A stretch of DNA of 64,000 bases, taken from the human T2T-CHM13v2.0 reference genome, Homo sapiens. The translations under genes and the position numbers were made by a program. Under the pieces are notes generated by a model that saw only the letters and a list, made by a program, of their open reading frames with translations, did not search any database and was not told where the DNA came from. Shown piece after piece: positions 58,855-64,000 of the stretch (positions within the stretch are counted from its first letter, which is position 1; each line of letters begins with the position of its first letter). Where the stretch lies: the NCBI RefSeq assembly GCF_009914755.1, contig NC_060928.1, one strand, 5' to 3'.

Positions 58855-60148
58855 TTAATTTAAGTCTTTAATCTATCGAGTTAATTTTTGAATATGGTGT
58901 AAAGAAGGGGTACAGTTTTAATCTTCTGCATATGGCTAGCCAATTATTCCAGCTTCATTTATTGAACAGGGAGTCCTTTCTCCATTGTTTGTTTTTGGCA
59001 GCTTTGTTGAAGATTAGATAGTGTAGGTATGTGGCCTTATTTCTGGGTTCTCTATTCTGTTCCATTGGTCTATGGTTACTGTAGCCCAGTAGTATAGTTT
59101 GAAGTGAGGTAACATAATGCCTCTAGCTTTGTTCTTATTGCTTAGGATTTCTTTGGCTATTTGGGTTCTTTTTTGGTTCTATATGAATTTTTAAATAGTT
59201 TTTTTCCAGTTCTGTGAAGATTTTCAATGTTAGTTTAATAGACAATACCATTTAGGACATAAGCATGGGCAAAGTTTTCATGATGAAGACACCAGAAATA
59301 ATTGCAACAAAAGCAAAAATTGACAAATGGGATTGAATTAAACTAAAAAGCTTCTGCATAGCAAAAGAAACTATCAAAAGAATAAACAGATAACCTACAG
59401 AATGGGGGAAATTTTTGCATACTCTGCATCCAACAAAAGTCTAATATTCCGCATCTATAAGGAATTTAAATTTACAAGAAAAAACAACCCCATGCCCAAT
59501 AACATGGGCAAAGGACATGAACAGACACTTTTAAAAAGAAGACATACATGTAGCCAACAATCATATAAAAAAAGTTCAACATCAGTGATTATTAGAGAAA
59601 TGCAAATCAAAACCACAATGAGATACCCTCTCACACCAGTTAGAATGGCTATTACTAAAATGTTAAAAAAAAAAAAAAACAGGTGCCAGTGAGGTTGTGG
59701 AGAAAAAGGAAGGCTTATACATTGTTGGCGGGAGTGTAAATTAGTTCAAACATTGTGGAAGACAGTATGGCAATTTCTTTAAGACCTAAAAACAGAAATA
59801 CCACTCAACCTAACAATCCCATTACTTGGTATATAACCAAATGAATAGAAACCATTCTATTATGAAGCACACATATGTTCGTTGCAGCACTATTCAGAAG
59901 AGTAAAGGCATGCAATCAACCTAAATGACCCATCAATGACAAATTGGATAAACAATATATGGTACATATACACCATGAAATACCATGCAGCTATAAAAAA
60001 GAATGAGATCATGTCCTCTGCAGGAATATGGATGAAGCTGGAGGACATTATCCTTAACAAATTAACACAGGAAAAGAAAATAAAATATTGCATGTTCTCA
60101 CTTATAAGTGGGAGCTAAATGATGAGAACACATGAACACATAGAGGGG
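58855..60148 (+). mobile_element. Older L1PA with 5' inversion (58855-59241 minus, 59242-60148 plus), 3' end missing
   Basis: Strand switch at gtttaatag|acaataccatttaggaca; the two pieces are near-adjacent in L1 coordinates. Confidence 0.85.
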
Positions 60149-62212
60149 TCAAGGAATAAATCATAAAAAATATTAGAAAATACTTTACAGTAAATGAATA
60201 TGAAAACATAATATACCAAAATTTACGGAATGCAGAGAAAGCAATGGAAAGAAGGAAATTTATAGGTGTTAACACATATTAACAAGAAGAATAATCTCAA
60301 TCAAAATCCTCACTGGCCAATTTGAGAAACTAGAAAAAGAAGAGCAAACTAAACCCATACGAAGCCGTGGGAAAGAAACACTAAGGATTAGAGAAGAATG
60401 AAATAAAATAGAGAATAGAAACACAACACAGAAAAAAAACACAAAAGTTTGTTCTTTGAAAAGATATATAAAATTGAGACACTTTTGGCTATGCTGATAA
60501 AGAAATAAGAGAGAGGAGTCAAGTTATCAAAATTATGAATGAAAGAGGATTCATTATTACCAACCTTACAGAAATTAGAAGGATTATAAGGCAATGCTGT
60601 GAACAACTATATGCCGACAAATTAGATAATCTAGATTAAATGGGCAAATTCCTAGGAAATCACTAACTACAAAAACTGAGGCAAGAAGAAATAGAAAATC
60701 TAATAGATTTATAATAAGTAAAGAAATTGTTAGTATTTTAAAAAAATTTCATAAAGAAAGCTCAGCACCAGGGTCTTCCCTGGAAAATTCTACCAAATAT
60801 TTAAAGAGCAATTACCACCAATCCTCATAAACTCTTTCAAAAATTAGTAGAGAAGGGAACACTTCCCAACTTATTCTATGAGGCTAGTATTATTTTGATT
60901 TCAAAACTAGACAAATACATCACAAGAAAACTACAAACATATATTTCATGAATATAGACATAAAAATTCTTAACAAAATAATATAAATAAAGTTTAACAC
61001 CATGTAAAAAGAATTATACCCCATGACCAAGTTGGATTTAGCCTAGGAATTCAAGGTTGACTCAACATATAGAAATCAATATCATATGCCACATTAACAA
61101 AATAAGGAATTTTTTAAAAACATGATAATCTCAATATAATAAGACAAGGCATTTTTAAAAATCCAATACCCTTGCATAATAAACACACTCAACAAACTAG
61201 TAATAAAAGAGAACTTCCTCATTCTGATAAAGGTCATTTATTAAAAACTCATAATTAACATCATACTTACTGGTGAAAAACTGACAGTTTTTCCTGAGAG
61301 TTAGAAACAAGACAAGGATGTCCCCTCCCACAACTTCTACTCAACCTTGTATTGAAGGTGCTAGCCAGGGTAGTTAAGCAGTAAAATAAATAAAATAAAA
61401 TTATAAATAAAAGAAAGTCATCCACACTGGAAAGAAGGAAGTAAAACTATCTATATTTGCAGATAACATAATCTTGAACATAGAAAATTCTAAGGAATAC
61501 ACATTCACATATACACACACACAAATTACAGTTAATAAGTTAGTTCAATAGAGTGGAAGGATATAATACTAACATATAAAAATAAATTATATTTCTATAT
61601 AGTAGCAATGAATAATCCAAAATTGAAATAAAAAATTATTTTATTACAAAATAATTTTATTAAAAGTGAATAAAATATTAGGAATAAATTTTACAAAAAT
61701 AAGTTTAAGCCTTCCACACTTGGAAACTACAAACATCATCAAAATAAATTGAAGAAGACATTGATAAACGGAAAGACATCCTATGCTCATGAATTGAAAG
61801 CCCTGATTGTTAAGATGGCAATACTCCTCAAATTGATCTACAGATTTAATGCAATCCCTATCACAATCCTAGCTGGCTTTGCAGAAATTGACAAGTTGAT
61901 CTCAAAATTCACATTAAAATTAGTGTGATAAAATTGGCGTGATAAAGTTGAATAGCCAAAACAATCTTGGATAAAAAAGAAAAAGTTGGAGGACTCACAT
62001 TTCCTGTTTTCAAAACTTAATACGAAGTAATAGTAATCAAGAGTATATGATTCTGACATAACAATAGGCATATAGGTATAAGTGGAGTAGATTCGGGAGT
62101 CCAGAAAAAACTCATATTAGGTGGATGCAAATGTAGTTGCAGCTTTTGCATTGTTGGAATGTACCATTTGATACTGGCATACATTCTTAAATAAATGTGG
62201 TTATGTTTTATA

Positions 62213-62617
<405 letters not shown>

Positions 62618-62655
62618 ATGTTATATATAATTCTAATGGGCATTTCCCGTTTCGT

Positions 62656-62656
<1 letters not shown>

Positions 62657-62696
<40 letters not shown>
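62657..62696. repeat. Poly-T run (T40) inside Hsmar1
   Basis: Read directly. Confidence 0.95.
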
Positions 62697-62699
<3 letters not shown>

Positions 62700-62735
62700 A
62701 ATGACATCACTTGCTGTTTATGTTTATTTTAGACT

Positions 62736-63335
62736 ATGGAAATGATGTTAGACAAAAACAAATCCAAGCGATTTTCTTATTTGAGTTCAAAATGGGTCGT
62801 AAAAGAAGCGCAGACAACTCACGATATAAACAAAGCATTTGTCTCAGGAATTGCTAACGAACATACAGTGCATTCAAGAAGTTCAAGAAGTTTTGCAGAG
62901 GAAAAGAGATCCTTGTAGATGAGGAGCATAGTGGCCAGACATCGGAAGTCCACAATGACCATTTGAGAGCAATCATTGAAGCTGTTTCTCTAACAACTAC
63001 ATGAGAAGTTGCCAAAGAACTCAAACCTTGACGATTCTACAGCCCTTTAGCATTTGAAGCAAATTGGAAAGCTGGGAAAATCTCGCTAAGTGGGTGCCTC
63101 ATGAGCTGAGCGAAAATTAAAAAATCCTCGTTTTGAAGTGTCATCTTCTCTTATTCTACACGACAAACCATTTCTTGATCTGATTGTGATGTGCGACAAA
63201 AAGTGACAACTGGCAACAACTAGCTCAGTGGTTGGAGTGAGAAAAAGCTCCAAAGCACTTCCCAAAGCCAAACTTGCACCAAATAAAGGTCATGGTCACT
63301 GTTTGGTGGTCGGGTCCACTGCAGCTTTCTGAATC
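62736..63335 (+). pseudogene. Frameshifted Hsmar1 transposase fragment
   Basis: MEMMLDK..., LFEFKMGRK, WVPHELSE, IVMCDKK (CDEK-like), PKHFPKPNLHQ, VMVTVWWS across several frames with stops. Confidence 0.92.
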
Positions 63336-64000
63336 TTCAGGCTTCAAAAGATACTATCAACAAAATTAAAAGATAACCTATAGAATGGGAAAAATATTTG
63401 CAAATTATCTATCTTGTAAACTTCTAGTCTTGAATGTATACAGAACTCTTGCAACTCGACAATAAGAGGACAAATAGCCAAATTTTTAAAAAGATAGACA
63501 AAGAATTTGAGCGGACATTTTTCCAAGGACAATACACAAATGGCTACCAAACACATGAAATATGTTCAACATCATTAATCATTAGAGAAATATAACTCAG
63601 AGTCACAATGAGATACCAGTTCACACCCACTGAGATAATTATAATTAAGACAGACAAGTGTTAGCTAGAATATAGAGATATTGGAACTCTTGTATGTTGC
63701 TGGTGGAAATGTAATATAGTACAGCTGCTTTGGAAATCAGTTCCTTAAAATGTTAAACATAGAGTTAACCTGTGACTTAGCAATTCGGCCTCAAGACATA
63801 TACTTAAGAGAAATGAAAAACGTAGGCAGACAAAAACTTGCACATAAATGTTCATAGCAGCATTATTTATAATCATTAGCAAGTAGAAACAATGCAGATG
63901 TTCATCAATTAATAAACGGATAAACAAAATGTGGTATATCCATACAATGCAATATTATTTAGTAATAAAAAAGAATGAACTACAGATACATGTTACAACA

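Noticed and set aside
62736-62918. Active or domesticated transposase
   Set aside because: Frameshifted within the first 10 codons, contains stops, and lacks the rest of the catalytic domain and the right TIR

Overview
Primate (human-like) genomic DNA, AT-rich and repeat-dense. The window lies inside the endomucin gene (EMCN) on the minus strand. Seven consecutive coding exons were found by hand (exons 4-10 by my recollection of the canonical numbering). All have AG/GT boundaries and splice into one open frame: GLKATTTDVRKNDS...SYSS-IILPVVIALIVITLSVFVLVGLY-RMCWKADPGTPENGNDQPQSDKESVKLLTVKTISHESG, i.e. mucin stalk, TM helix and most of the cytoplasmic tail. The signal-peptide exons and the stop-codon exon lie outside the window. 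The introns hold an apparently full-length old L1 with six nested insertions, several L1PA/L1PB/L1M fragments (one with a twin-priming inversion), Alus (one very young AluY), L2/MIR, THE1, MLT2 and LTR16-like LTRs, MER47/MER58/Tigger4 and a truncated Hsmar1 mariner. Almost all ORFs in the supplied track are repeat-derived or chance. I see no well-supported novel biological system. The best leads are a chain of plus-strand splice-competent segments antisense to EMCN (one fully covering the TM exon) and several alternative or cryptic splicing opportunities. Repeat subfamily calls are from recalled consensus sequences and need RepeatMasker/Dfam confirmation.
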